Assembly: GCF_001949145.1 (NCBI RefSeq)
Contig: NW_019091360.1
Span: 1,148,529-1,212,528 of the forward strand
Length of the DNA stretch: 64,000 bases
Direction of reading: 5' to 3'
Source of the DNA: Acanthaster planci
Lineage: Eukaryota
The notes under the pieces are model-generated. The model was given only the letters and a program-made list of their open reading frames with translations. It was not told the DNA's origin and did not search any database. The position numbers were made by a program, and so were the translations under genes. Positions 12,928 to 27,421 of this stretch are shown here, piece by piece. Every line of letters starts with the position of its first letter. Within the stretch, counting starts at the first letter, position 1.

Positions 12928-13918
12928 CTGGAAACATAGAGATGACCAAAGAAACAGAAGCATTGATGTCTCTGAGGACGCTGCTGCTCTGATGAGGATG
13001 ATGATGACAGAAGTCTCATCACCCCATGCTCATTGAGGGTAGTTACTGCCCTCTAACATGCTTCAACTTTACAACTAAGGCCCCCATGCATATCAAAAAT
13101 GGGCAAATCATAATAGAGTGTGCTACGTAGAGGTTGACATGGAGGGGCCATTTCCTACAGTTCATTGTGGGCAATGGACAACAAATTTTATTTTGCCGGA
13201 TGCATGCTGGGACTTTGAGTTCTCCCCAATATTTGCTGCAGTAGAAGGTTCAGAAGTGTATTTCGAGTATCAGTTTGCGTTAATCAAGATGGTGCTTTTG
13301 TAAGGCAGCAGAATTCTGTTCCCATATTTCATAACTCAGAATACTTCACAGATATCCACAAATGCCACATTTTCGTCAACCACGAACTTCGAAAAAAAAA
13401 AAGGAGTTTGCATGGCAACCTGTTGGTGGTGCACTCTACTATGATTCTACATTCCATGTTAGAATCTCAATTAGTAGATCTGATCCAGACAAACAGCACT
13501 TGAAATTTCCAAGGGAATGATTGGCCATGTACAAAAAAAACCTGAAAACAGCAAACATAAAGCTGAAATGAAAAATTTCGAATAATTTTGTTCAGAGCAG
13601 GTGTACGCAAAAGCTGGAATTCAGAGTAAATAGCTGAATAAAAAAGCTGAAATGAGCTAAAATGCTGAATTCTATACACCCATGCATTTCACTCGAAATT
13701 CAACAGTTACAGTGTAATTATGGTCTCCAAACATGTAAAATAAAGTTCAGTTATAAAGGCACAGATTGTAATGTATAGAGCTCACAGTGTCTTAGAACAT
13801 GGTCATAAAGAAGATTTGGAAGAGAAGGGTCCAAAAGAAGCCCGCCTTATGGATTCACGAAAGAGTCATATTTGGTACTTTGGAGGGGGCACTAATTGGA
13901 GGAGGGGGTGTAACTGAC

Positions 13919-14100
13919 CGAGCTGCTTGAAGGCATCTTGGACCAGCTGAGCCTCTTTCTCCTCGATGCTGACCGTCTTGGTCTTCATCTCGGCCGTCTC
14001 CATCCTGAGCTGGAAGTTCTCTTCCTCCAAGACACGCACCTTCTTCTGAAGCGCCTCCACATTGATGAACTTGGACTGGAGGGCGTGGCCTCTGTCATGG
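13919..14100 (-). CDS. TRAK1: TRAK/Milton coding exon 6
   Basis: ALQKKVRVLEEENFQLRMET...EEKEAQLVQD; phases 2/1. Confidence 0.93.
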
Positions 14101-14206
14101 CTGAACATGAGAAAGTAAGAATTGGACACATACAAAACCTGTTATTTAAACTTGTCATGTGTTTAGAAAAAACTGATTACAGTTGGATTTGGATGGCACC
14201 CATGGC

Positions 14207-14320
14207 TGACGCACAATGAGCTTGCCTCTATCATGACAGTGGTCTGGGTTGGATGCCTGGCCTGGGCCACATGAGAGTGGAGCTGCTTGCTGGTTCTCTC
14301 CCATGCCAAGACACCTTTGG
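14207..14320 (+). mobile_element. Degenerate tRNA-derived SINE-like fragment
   Basis: Degenerate B-box-like gggttggatgcc followed by a ggttctctccc body motif. Confidence 0.3.
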
Positions 14321-14777
14321 CTTGACCATGTTGCAATTAAGTGTCTTGACTGTACAGCACACGAATGTACGGAATTTGCAATCAACAACTGAAAACATGT
14401 ATGAATATTTTGATTCTATCAAAAGAACCGACCAGCTCAATGTTGGTTGTCTCAGAGTTTAAAAATTTTTGATGTCGCTGATTAAGGTGTGCAGGCAACA
14501 CACTGATTGCAACAGAAGCGTTACTCATGTCACCTAATCAGGTTAATGAAAAAAAGCACAATTCAAAATCAGGTGATGGCATCATGTGACCGATTATCAA
14601 GCGACTGATTGTAAAGTTAATCAGAATCATACAAGCAAAATGTTGCAGTTTACAGCAACGATATCAAACTCTGTAGCAGGCATGTGGTGGTCTGGTGAAC
14701 CAGCCATATTGGAAAGTGTGAAGTGTGTGAAGCAAGCCAGTAAATCAACCAGTCCTCAAACTAGATAACCGACCTAC

Positions 14778-14878
14778 CTCTGGGCTGTGTCTTCCTCTGA
14801 GTCGCTATAGCTGACCTCGTTGGTGTAGATCCTGAGTAGCTGCTCCTTGAGTTTAATATCATGCTTCAGTTGTGTATT
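14778..14878 (-). CDS. TRAK1: TRAK/Milton coding exon 5
   Basis: NTQLKHDIKLKEQLLRIYT, resembling QLRHELSMKDELLQFYT; phases 0/2. Confidence 0.92.
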
Positions 14879-15543
14879 CTGTAAACCACACCAAAAAATC
14901 ACATGCAAATACAAGACAAATGCTAGCAAATCACACGCTCCAAGCAAATATTTTTGTTTTGAAGTATTATGAAGGGGTAAGAACAGTTCTAATTCAACGT
15001 AAAGTTCTGATCCGTTCGCTCCATTGATCAAATGTACTCTCCTTACAAGTCACTTTTGGTAGTTTAAACTGCATGGTTCTCTGAGAGTTCTAGAACTACA
15101 TCTGTAGGATTACTTATATAGGCTAAGCAAAGGCCTGAGACTCAGGATTAAAATGATGATCTCAATGTAAGGCACGACACTATACAGCAAGAAAAAAGAA
15201 AGAGAAAATGCCATGGTGCACATTTTTCTGCAGCATTATTCCTTTAATAAGCAAATTCAGTATTCCAACAGCGCATGCCCAAAATGAACTGTGTGTAAGG
15301 TCATTTGGAAACTGCAAGGTCTGCCCTAAACGCTGACTTGCACACAGCCATTGCTTTTAATTCACCATGCCTGTTTTAAAATTGAACTGGCTCATTCCGG
15401 TGGTCTTGAACGAAAACAAAACTGAAAATTGACTGCTTTACAAGGGAAAGCAATATGTGCACGCATTATATTATAAATGGCATCGGGCTGCAATCCAATT
15501 TCATCAGTCTGAAGAAACAGTTGTGAATTCAGAGTTCTAGTAC

Positions 15544-15660
15544 CTCGTCTGCAGCGAGGGTGAACTGCTCCTCAATGGCATCAATGCGCTTCTCAAGCTG
15601 CTTGTTTTGTTCTAGAAGAGACTGCCCAATCTTGGCTGCAAGCTCCAAGTCTTTCTCTTT
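15544..15660 (-). CDS. TRAK1: TRAK/Milton coding exon 4 (CC1 box)
   Basis: KEKDLELAAKIGQSLLEQN, the CC1-box AAxxG motif of HAP1/TRAK adaptors; 117 nt. Confidence 0.96.
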
Positions 15661-16382
15661 CTGTCAGAGGAAGCAAACCACATGTCAAATGCTAGCAAAT
15701 CAGCACTCTCCTACAAACATGGATCCATCGCTTTTAATTTTGAACATATTTTGCAAAGGAGAATTCAACTGAGCGTACACGTGTACATGTATACATGTAC
15801 AGGGTACATGCATAGTACACACTGTACATATATTTTTTGTAATGTGTGCAATAACTTTGTGTACAAAACTTACATTTTGTGTTTTGCATTTGTACTGAAA
15901 AACACACACACAAATACAAAGTACTGACGATAATCTTATACCCTACCCTTCCATTCTCCGTTTACGGTATCCGCAGCAGAAAAGTAAGTGTTGACCCTCT
16001 TTTCTTTATTATAAACCAATCAAAGTGTTATATTTTTACATCAACACTAACATGCATCAGTTGTAATGTCGATACAAACAGATGTACCCCTTACATTAGT
16101 TAATGCTGTGCTTATATACGAAGTAAAATCCATTAAGCATGAATATGGATTGTCAACAATTAAGTACAAACAAAGGCATTTTGATGCACAGGCACATGTA
16201 TGCACAAACATCCGCACATACGTACATGTACCTGCATAAATTATCCAGGCCGACCTTGTCTAAGCTTAATAGCAGCAAAATAAACCTCTATTCCTACATT
16301 TTTTTTGAGTTAGGTAGACCATTTTAACATTAAACACAAATAACCAAAAAAAAGACATGATGTAAAACTCATGTACATGTAC

Positions 16383-16459
16383 CTCTTCCAGAAGGCGGGT
16401 CACTGCATCAATGTCATTGTATGTCTTGGTCATCTGGACAACACGGTCACCACAAAGGG
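16383..16459 (-). CDS. TRAK1: TRAK/Milton coding exon 3 (first constant exon)
   Basis: xLCGDRVVQMTKTYNDIDAVTRLLEE, near-invariant in TRAK; phase-1 acceptor tttccttccag. Confidence 0.96.
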
Positions 16460-16806
16460 CTGGAAGGAAAACAAGAGAGGAAGAAAATGAAATACCGGTA
16501 AATATGCACAGCAGTTGTGATGTACCTAGACAAATCCAGTGATGTTTTACTGGACATTCTCCATGGCCCCCTTTATTAATGATGAGAGCACTGTGTTGGA
16601 TTGTTGTATGCAGTGACTGTGTCGGAATAGTGGCTCCTGGACAACAGTTATCACATAGATGACCGCCATTGGCGGGGGCCACTGCAAGTCATTGGAAATT
16701 GCTGGGGATGATGACCAAAACCCTCTTATACATGTACAGGGTATCTTTCAATATCCAAGATTTGGAAAATTAGACAGGAAAGTAGAGCCAAGCCATGCTT
16801 ACTTTA

Positions 16807-17302
16807 CAGTCATTTGCAAAAGTTTAAGACCACCTGGAATTATTGGTATTTCTGTCACTGGGCCTGCATTACATTGTCTCATTGAATGATTACTTAACAT
16901 GTTTTTACAGTGGTGCATAAACATCAGTGTAGTGCTACATGCCCATTTGAATGAAATTTTTTGCAAAAGCAGGGTCTTGTGTGACATTTTGTTTGTAAGG
17001 CAGCTTGGGAAAAAAGCCAGTCTAAGTAATCAGAAACAAAGGAAGGAATATTAACTGAATATTTGACTGTTAACATTTCAAATCATGGAAATGTACTCAA
17101 ATAGCTGTTTAACCAAGATACTAAGATTACACATTGAAAATAAACATACACTGCAATGAATGATTGGTTTAAGTTCGGTTTTTCTTCAGATTAACCCTAA
17201 CTCTCTAGGGTGTATGTAAAATCATATTGAAATTGGAGGATTTAGGACTGTTAGGGGTTAATGTATTATGTATGGGTGGTCTTAAACTTTTGCAAATGAC
17301 TG
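16807..17302. mobile_element. Tc1/mariner-type non-autonomous element (MITE)
   Basis: Perfect 28-bp TIRs CAGTCATTTGCAAAAGTTTAAGACCACC at 16807-16834 and 17275-17302; TA on the left flank. Confidence 0.85.
17191..17261. mobile_element. ~70-bp TTAA-flanked element nested in the MITE (copy 1)
   Basis: TTAACCCT...AGGGGTTAA ends; similar copy at 18964-19033. Confidence 0.6.
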
Positions 17303-17944
17303 TCCATGGGGCCATATGTAAGAGCCCTCTGAAGGTTTAAGAGCAAAGCTGTACAGTAATGACATTTGTATCCCAGCATTTACGAGGAGCACAATCAATA
17401 CAAGTACTGTATTATTATTATTTCCCCACAACATCTGAACATTCCCCACACCATCTCAATTCCCTGGGGAATATGTACATGTACATCCTGGCTCATATCC
17501 TGGAAAATGTGAATGGACCTCATGACCAATGATCCATTCCTGGGGTTGCCCTGGAAACCAGGGTTAATTTTTAAGGAGGCAAAGCAATTGTGTACAGTTT
17601 GCACTCCAGCTTAGGTACATGTGCATGTATGTGTACTGCACTGAACATGTATTACTTGGCCTTGTGTCTTTCCATTTGGTGTCATAACACACAAGTGCAT
17701 GTACATGTACATGTATGCACCGGTACTTGACATGGTGTACAATCCAACAGTAACATGCCCACAGAAAGAGCACAGAATATGGGCAAAACACTGTCAATAG
17801 CTTGAAACTGAAACTCCCCTCCTATTTCAGTCACTACTTTCATAAATAATACATGTACCGGACATGAACATGTGCATGGCTCAACTACTATTAAAATTCA
17901 CACATGTTTACAATACGCGAGGTCAATACTTTGTTTTCATGTAG

Positions 17945-18375
17945 TTAAGAAAACTCAGTGAAAAGACTCATTTTTCTCGCACAGTGAACACTCTTTTTAA
18001 GCTGGATTTTTGTCTTTGCATTCCTTGGATTTCCCTCTTCCTTTTGCAATGGATAACCATAATCCCAAAATGCTGCTGAAACTGTTTTCCAGAAAGGGGG
18101 TAACCTTGTGTGGACCCGCTTGGTCCAAACGAGGCTCCACAGCCTGCAGTACCTGTATGCAGACCTCTCTAGGTCCTTACTAGATAAAGTCAGCACACAG
18201 GTACATGTACATGGTACACTGAGATTTTCAAGTATTCCAGTTTATAGGAATGCTCTAGCGGAACATGAGTGCTACGGTAACCAGTTCATCTGACAGTGAA
18301 CCAATATGGGCGGAGTCCTTTGTTTGCTCCTCTGATGAAGAGTGATTCATCAGGTGGAGTGGTGAAATTTCCAGG
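17945..18375 (+). repeat. Dispersed repeat, copy 1
   Basis: Shares ttaagaaaactcagtgaaaa, agctggattt, cccaaaatgct and ctgatga blocks, in the same order, with 40969-41310. Confidence 0.6.
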
Positions 18376-18963
18376 GTCGAATGAGTGAAATAGACAAGCA
18401 TTTTTTACACACTACATACATGTACATGTACTGTACATGTGCATGTATGATTATGAAGTAAATTTGTGTAAGCTGCAATGTGATTTCTGATTTTGATGAA
18501 AATTACTGTTTGCTTTTACATGCATTTGTCTGTCCGTATTTAAATCATTTCACATGACATCCTGGCATGTGCGCATATCATATTACATGTGTATAAATAA
18601 CAGAGCAACATAAATAAAAGTAAAGAAATTAATAATTGTAAATATGGTAAAGTTAATTGAGTTCACATTCTGAATTTATTCCATAATTTCAGCTCTACAG
18701 AGATGTATCAAGTACTTTGGATTGTAATAGATGCCGATTTCATTGGATGTAAATGCTAGTTCACAGAAATAAATATCTTGTACTGACTACAAATTAAAAA
18801 ATTATGCTAATTGTTCAATTCTGCACATTTCCCCAAAGCAGCCACGTATAAAAAAGGGAAGGGTGTCTTTAAATTACAGAAGTGGCTAAGACTGTGCATA
18901 TTATTTGGTTACTCTATTAACTAGATCAACGTGTTGATTATTGGGTAATGTTTTTCCATCCAA

Positions 18964-19033
18964 TTAACCATAACTCTCTAGGGTATGTGCGAAATCATAT
19001 TAAAATTAGAGGATTCATGACTGTTAGGATTAA
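18964..19033. mobile_element. ~70-bp TTAA-flanked element (copy 2)
   Basis: Aligns end to end with 17191-17261. Confidence 0.6.
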
Positions 19034-21685
19034 TATAGAACTGCTTTGAGAGAATAACTGTTTCCTTTCTGAAGGCAAAAACATCTCAAATATTCCACTT
19101 TTTCAGAAAGGTATACATAAATGACACACAGTATATTGTAAGGACCCTATTTCCCTTTGAGAATCTCATGACAATTTCTTCCTTATTTGTTACAATTTTT
19201 AAACCCTAAATGAAAATTAGTGTGTGAAAAACAAAAGCCAAAAATGGCTCATCAACTACTTCAAACTGTAATCAAAAAGGGATCAATGAATCCATGAAAC
19301 TCAATCACGGCAAACTTGCAGGCCAAGGATTGGCGCAAGGGAAACCAAAACTGTAAATACGGTAATTTTTCGGTCCAGTCTGCCTATTGATCAGTCTAAT
19401 TGTATGCAAATCACAATAGACCATTATCAAGTCCTGAATAGCCCCTCAGGCCACAGGCCTGCATATACACGTGTACGATGCATTCCCACTACCACTTACT
19501 CACGTTATTGAGTTTCAGGTGCTCTCAAAAACACTATGACCCTGTATTTCTATGCAAAAGCGTGTTGTGCAAAGTGCCTAAATGCTTTATTAGTGAGGTA
19601 TTGTTGCCTTTAAACTCTTTTTTTTACAGGGGGGAGGACATTTCGATTGTACAAAGGATAGTACATGTGTGTGCACGCACGCTGCCAAATCCAAATGCAA
19701 TACATCAACATGTGCATTACAACTAACAAATGCTTGGGGGTTGGAATAAATAAAACGAACTAGACAGAGATTTCAAATTTCTGCCGTATGGCTAAAAGAT
19801 AATGCGTTGTGTATACATGGAAGATGTTCTCATATGGAATGTTCAGCTACATGTACATGTTTATTGTTTCATGTTTATTTAAATACATTCAAACTTTGTA
19901 GCTAAACTCAAAGGCTGAATTACATTTGAATTTACAAAATAAAAATTACATAAAAACATACATCAATGTAATTATGGTATTACAACATGACTATAAATTA
20001 CATCAAATACGTGAAATGTATCACATGATTTAAATATTATTTCATTTAATTGCACAATTACAAAGAAGACATAGACATGGGAAAAATAAATTGTACACAC
20101 GCATTATTGGTAGACTACAGACTCAACATGACATTTACAATGAACACAAAAAAACTCCCACAAAAACACTCAAGGACAAATTAAGAAGATTGACCTACCA
20201 GCCACACTGTGAATTTAAAAGGTTAATACAGTAGGGAATTGGACTGTTTTTAGTTGTTAATAACTACATACAAACCTTCTTGAAAACTCAAAATATCCTA
20301 CTTTTCATTTATATTAAACCTACTTGGTTGGAATCTGATCTACATGTATAACCTCGGGGACATTGGAGCAAGAATATAAGTCTTTAATTTACAGGCTCCC
20401 TAAATTTCAACATATTGTACTGAGGACATACATGTACATGTACATAAAGCAGAGATTATTAATACTAGTTTAAAATTATGAAATTTGACTACTCAGTGTT
20501 TCATCCCTGCAGGTGAAATTGCTATAAATGCATTGTAGAAATGATTGTACATGTACACGTACATTCATCCAAGTACATGTAAATGTACGTGTACACCTGT
20601 ATCCAAGGTTTACTGCTTTGACAGTGGTATTTTATTTTTAACAGTTTTTTTACGAAATTTCCCGTCTAAAACGTTCCAGTAATGGTGACTTCAAGTTGAT
20701 GGCTTGTCACACAAGCAAAGCTCTCTGCATACCAGTATTCAAAATCCTCACTACTTTTACACTGAAGAAGTTAAGATTTTAAAGACTTGTAAAAATCTTC
20801 AGAACGGAGGACCTGGCTTACCGAATATTTGGGAAATTTCTAAAAGCACTTTCGGAGGAGAATGTGAGAAATGTGGAAAATAATGAGACAATCAGGAAAC
20901 AGATTTGCTAAATGATTTCAATCTCCACAAATATCTTTCCTGAAGAAAGCTTTCACTTATTTTGGTTTCAAATTGTTTCTTCAAGTCAATTGTTTCCAGG
21001 GAAGGGAGAGGGGGCCACTGGACTTGTTGGGGGTTTAGGGAGTCTAAAGCCATGTAACATGTACCGGTATATACATGTACAGTACAGAGAGAGAGAGAGA
21101 GATGGAATTCTATCTGCATTAACATGCACTACATGAACATGTACATTACGCTGCACTTACATGTATGTACAGTACATGTGGGCATCTTAATGTACACAAA
21201 AGGACAACTTTATGTATAGAAGACAATGTCTATGACATGTACATGCACATGCATTTGGCACTGCATACATGTACATGTACATGTACATACATGTGCTACA
21301 AAAATGGGTTGCCAGGAAGCGACTTATTTAATTACAGAAGGACCTTTAACCATTGCCCTGTACATGTACATGTACAGTAGGTGTCATGGATTTGTGCAGT
21401 AAAATCTCAGCTCTCAAAACACTGGCAGATGGCACTGTCCAAGGACACCCTTCAATGAACAAACAATACTGATGTTTATATTTAATCAAACACTGAAACC
21501 TGGTTCTCCACTGATAAAAAATACAATGTGGCTTTCAAGTTCAGCAAATGAGTACGCCACACCATTAAAAAAACAAAGTCTCGGTGTTACATTGATATTT
21601 TGCCCTTCACCAATGCACAGTTCTAAATAATGCATACCTAATGTGCTGCAGCATTGTCCAGGGGCTTTTGAAAAATCCCACAAGC

Positions 21686-21780
21686 CCACTCAGGTGAGAT
21701 TCAAACCTATGACCTCGATCCTGCTTACTGACTGCAGGTGTCATATCATTTGACCAGCCAGTGTACCAGGGTTGGCTGCT
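21686..21780 (-). mobile_element. tRNA-derived SINE head (degenerate)
   Basis: The minus strand reads gaggtcataggtttgaatctcacc, a B-box-like tRNA T-arm. Confidence 0.35.
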
Positions 21781-22638
21781 GCTTCAAGCCAATGAGTAGC
21801 AAGTACCCTACGTACCTCCATGTATCATTTATAGATAGAGTTTCTGCACTGTGTAGAAGTTAATTTGTACTTTTATAGAAATTTAACCAAATTTTTATGA
21901 AAATTAATCTTCCCAATGCAAAATAATTCATAAACATCCGTGACAGATTAACTAAGTCCTTGAAAGAGTCAGTCAATTTGCGTATAAAGTTGTCAAACAT
22001 CAGTGAAAGTTACTTGAATGTTTTCGGCAGATTACAATGAAAACCACATGTGCGTTTTTCTTCCTCACAGACAAGCATACTGCAATTACTAGGGCTAGCT
22101 AGGTGAAATGCAGGCTACCTTAACATTTCCTTGTAGGAGGCTGCACTTTTAGGAAACTGTAATTTGCAGTTTGGGCTGTTGGGGCAACAAGTTTTGTTCT
22201 TTTAAACAGTTTACAGTTTGGGATTTAGATAATGCCTCCAGCATTGGTCATCACAGGGCTGTGAACTCTCATGCACCGAGTGTAAAACTCAGCCATTTCA
22301 GCTTGCTCGTAAGTTTCATATCCATCTGAGAATACCCATGCTACATTAAAATCAAACATAAAAATCAAAATGGAACAACACACTATGTTTATGTCCTGTC
22401 CTTACTTGACTGATGAAAACATATCCCAACCTGCATACTCTTTCTGGTGAAGAATGAATATTTTTGAACAACTGTTATCACAGTACAAATATCACATTTT
22501 GTGTATAGAACATACAGTACACGGTGGTACACTGCCCATTAGTGACACCACTATGACGTGACTACATGCCAATTCTCAAGCTCAACTCTCAATCAATGTT
22601 GGCTGCCCTGGTCATGGGTTCCACAAGTCCTATCTTAC

Positions 22639-22690
22639 CTCTGTTGACATCCATAAGTTGAGCCCAGGTATCCACCTTTCCATTTCCCAT
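22639..22690 (-). CDS. Alternative first coding exon V5 of TRAK (MGNGKVDTWAQLMDVNR)
   Basis: acaATGG start, 17 codons + 1 nt, AG|GTAAGA donor in phase 1; paralogous to 28117-28168. Confidence 0.75.
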
Positions 22691-25600
22691 TGTCAAACCC
22701 TCGGCTCACAATAAATTCTGTCTGGTGAAGCAATGCCAACACTTCACGAGTTGGCTTTGAGATTGTGACTACATACGTGTAGATGCAACATTTCCAAGAG
22801 AAATGTAGCCTCACAACAGTGGATCAATGTCCAGGTCACCATGTCATGAACTGATGGCCAAGTGGTTCTGTGAGCCCAGAAGAATACACTGTTCACCTGC
22901 TTGGCCAACTTCAAATCCAGCTCCACTGAGCGAGTAGTGGTTAACGTCACTAACACTGAACAGAGAAGTACAGTACATGCATGTACATTGTACATGTACA
23001 TGTATGTAATTTGAACAGGTGGTTTACATCTGCTGATTCTCCCCAAAGGTCCTTATCTTTCAAAGAATTGACCTGCCCCCAAAATGCTGACATGAAGTAA
23101 ATAAAGCAGGCTATGTCAACTTCATGGAAGCTGCTCATGAATTATGTTCACAGGCATGTCTACATGTACATGTTTGTACCTCTCCTACAATACTGAGCAA
23201 TGCTGAGGCATTAACTTTGTTTGTATTTCTACATGGTTCATAGTGCATTGATACCAGCTCAGGATCTATGTATAATCCAGGACAGTCCAGGGCCACAGAA
23301 ACTCCCTAGAACTGCCGCGACATTGGACAGACCTCCCCTGTGAACAGACAATGAGGATTCTAACAATAGTTGCCTCGGGGAAACTCAGACTATTCCAGCA
23401 CACACTGTATATTGTAGGTTGTGGCAAGGCTACCTAGTGCAAAGCACATAAATGTCAGTGGCTACGTGCGAATTTGCTTGTACAGTTTTCGGAACAGATG
23501 TGCATTCACGTCACACAACCTGCGAAAGCAAGATGGCACCCCAATATACATGTAGGTCCCTAAAAAAGAAATTCAATTTTACATCCCCAGTTTTCATGGT
23601 CATTTACAAACTCTCATAGTGTCCCTGTGAGTTGACAGATCATATCAAGATGGCTTCCAAATATTTTGTAAAGTCATTCTATGTTTTAGGCAGTCATCAT
23701 GAAGAAAACAGAAATTGAGTTGAAAAAGTCTTCATCACACCTTCATTAATCAGGGTGACCCTAAGATGACCTCGACATATACAAACTTATTTCTTGACGT
23801 TCCAAATTGCAGTCAACTTACATGTTTTCATCCACAAGGTTATAGAATGAACAGTTTTGCCATTAGCAAACCTGCTGTGCTGTGTACATGTATATCAACT
23901 GATATATTAACAATACCATCTCTTCACTAATACCTTTAAGGGAAGGGAAAAGGAAGGAGGGGGTGTGGTCACAAAAGTATCCATCAGCAAATTTCATGAT
24001 GGCAACCCCCTCCCATTAAAAATGGTCTAGCAATGCCCCATCGCCAAAGAGAATAGAGTTCTTGAAATCTGCAGTGTGAACTTTACAAAGCAAGCTACTG
24101 ATAGCAGTTAGCCAAAAATAGGAAATCACCCCTACACCCTTGAGTGATTGGTACCTACCAGTACCCAGATTGCGAATCACTAGACAACTTACACTTGAGC
24201 CCTGCACTCTTGTACCAACCTGCACTGGCAGACAAATGTAAACAGCTATTCAACTGAAAAAACGGTTCCCAAACTCCCTTTTCTCACTGCACAATAATAT
24301 GAAGTCTCGCTGCTGATATAATTAGATCTGGGTTATCAAATGGATCCTTATATATCATAATGGGGTCTGGTCCGCAATGATTTCAATTACGCAGTGTGTA
24401 TTCACAATTGAAGTCGGCTGAGCTTATCTGTGGAGAGAGACACCCAGTCTACATCTGTGCATCAACAATGAATGTACACGTACCGGCAGGTTAGATTTTC
24501 GTGTTGTCTGGGCCAAACGTACACCACTTTTTAAAAAATCCTCTACCTTTGGCTGTCAATAAAATAAGCATCACCCTACCGAGTGTGTAGATAAACCGAA
24601 GGGAGTCAGACTACACGTACATGTACGACAATGAATTAATTTGTTTAGTTGACTAAGTCATTATCAACAATGATCTGTATAACGTGCTCTTGATGTATGT
24701 ATGAGCCATAACATGTTAACACAGATGCATCCAGGGTACATTATAGCATTCCTTCCAACTTGAGATAACTGTATTTGTAACATTCTACGATAACGCTTTT
24801 TGGTATAAATTCCTAAACTACAAGTACATTCTCAAAAAAGAAATGCTATGGCGCAAGAAAAGGCTGTAGAGTTTTTCTTGCCGCCTCTGCTTGAAAAGCG
24901 TTTGCTGAAACCTACAAATGTTTGTCTTTTTCATATAATGGCCTTGACAAAATAAGTGGGCGATGTGTTTCCTGTGGGTTGAAAAGATGGTGGAACCAGT
25001 TTATTGGGATGTCAATTGAGCATTGGTTACATTGGAATAATGCCTTATACATGTACACACAGAATGTATGATGCACACCCATGTGCGCGTAAATTAAAAA
25101 TGTACTGGTATATGGGAGTGCTACTTTAAGTTCCCCTCCAAGCAAAGATGAAACAAATAAACAACACACACAAGTGCAGAGAAAGGCAAAATCCAAGTAG
25201 CATGGACTTGATGACATGAGTCTAATACAGCATAATGAGAGACCACAAAGTATATATGGTACTTGTGGCCTTATCAGAGGCGTCAGTCACTCACTGACAC
25301 AATACGGATCACATGATTCCACAACCATCCCCACTTTTGGGTAAGGGACAATACAGCCTGATCAGTTCTTCTATAGGTCGATCACAAGTGCCTTATCTGA
25401 TGACCTATTGGGTCTTCTATATTTGAGGGTGGACCCACCTCAGATAATCGAAGGAAAGGGTACTGGTACAAGAAAACACAATTAAATGTCAGCACAATGT
25501 AATCGCACAACTCGTCTGATTATCAAAAAATGCTTTTATGAATAAATGAATTTGTTGTCCCCCAGGTTAGTAGAATGTGGGTCAGGGTACCTAGGCAGTA

Positions 25601-26415
25601 GATACCAGGCAGTCACACCATACCCAGAATGATAGGGTAATGTTTGAATCTCAGTAACCACTTTAAATATTTCAGTAGATGAATGGAGCTCTCTCCAACA
25701 CTGCACTTGGTCCAAGGAGCTGTAAGGCTTTTTTTTGGCACACTGCTAATTTTGACTTTTTTTCCCTGTTTTTGGACTATCACAGCTGGACCAGAATTCT
25801 TAAAGGGTTAGTTAACACGCTCTATGCAACATTTGTTGTGGGGGTAAAATTCCCCACTTATGTCCTAGAAAATCTCACACAGCTATGGCAACACCAAAAT
25901 AACAGTAAACATTACAGCCATCAGGTACTACATGAAAGTACAACCCTCTGTAACAGTCATCAGAAAAATGCACATTTGGACACCAGCCAATTAAAGATAT
26001 TTCTGCTGACTTTGGCCATTTAAAGGAATAGTAGGCAATAAAAGAATGGTCAATCATGTATGGTACTACCAAAGTACATGCAGCTTGTAAAACACATCAT
26101 GTACGTAATGTGCTCGTGTACATGTATGTATGTAACCTACATGTACACATGTATACATGTAGCTCTATGTACTGTATATTAAGCATGTGACAAATCAAGG
26201 ATTGCAACATGCTGTCCTGTTAGGTTTGCGTACATGCATACTTCCTGCACTATGGACAGGTGGGGTAGATTTGGAACTGTGCATATTTTCATATACATGT
26301 ACTCCGCTACATGTACATTGTTAATGTAATAGCAAGGCAAAAAAGTCTTCATGTTCTCTGCTTCCATGGCCCACCCTCCATCACTCCCTTCACTCCGCCC
26401 TCCCCTATTGCTCAC

Positions 26416-26530
26416 CTGCTAGATCAGCTATGCTGAGTTCATCATACAAATACCACTCCAGGTCCTCGTCATTGACGTCAAGACTGCCAAACCCTATCCC
26501 TCCCCTTTTCTCCAACCGACACTTATACAT
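26416..26530 (-). CDS. Alternative first coding exon V4 of TRAK (MYKCRLEKRGGIGFGSLDVNDEDLEWYLYDELSIADLA)
   Basis: gcgccATG start, 38 open codons + 1 nt, CAG|GTGAGC donor, phase 1. Confidence 0.7.
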
Positions 26531-27421
26531 GGCGCCTTCCTTGTTCCAGATCAAACAGCCAAAATACTCCTACAGGAAATATATTTCACACTTCGGCAAA
26601 GCCAGGTTGCAACCATCATTCAGGTACATGTACATGTACAAGCTCTAATTTTGAAGACTATTTCTCATGTTCTCCGAGGTATCACTTCCAAACAAAACTA
26701 AAGTTTGGTGAGATGACATCCTCTTCACGGGCATGAATTGGCATTGTGAAAGTTTTTCCAATACTGACGACGCAACACAAATAAAGAAGGAAGCAGTGAC
26801 TAAAAACTGCAGAGCCAATCTCTCCATTACAGCAACACCCGAGAGATACCGGATGTTGAAGCTTGGCCAGTATTTCCTGCCCAACTTTCCGTGACAACTT
26901 GATGACCTCAAACTACAAGAACCCATGCATGGCTAGTCAATTGTTCCGACAACTCCCATAAACAACACTTTGCATGTTATACACACTGTATGTAGTCACT
27001 GGAGCACAGATATGGTAAATGCGTTTCCATTCAAACACAAAACATAATCCGATTGAATTGGTACAGTAAGTGTAACTCTCATTTTCACTCAGTGAACCAA
27101 GAGGACCGTACATGTAAGTCATACAAAATAGGCACGGGTTGTAACGTTTTAATTTCAGGTGTTTACATGTACATGCATACTGTATACAGTCGCTTTCACT
27201 CTTCCTGGTTTCGTACACTATATCCACAACCTAAGCTTCCAATGAATACATGTACAAAGCCTGTAGTGGCCTTCTTTATTTTTTTATGTCTTGTAATGAC
27301 TTCACAAATGAAAGCTATGATCACTGCGATTTAATTGTACACTGCTTTGTGCATTCACATATAATGTGCATCCCATTTCAACAGTTTGGGCAGTGTTTCT
27401 GCAGTCTCTTATACTGCAATC

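Noticed and set aside
24547..24571. Possible extra variable exon MLILLTAK with a phase-1 GTAGAG donor
   Set aside because: Weak donor and very short; compatible with chance, so not counted.
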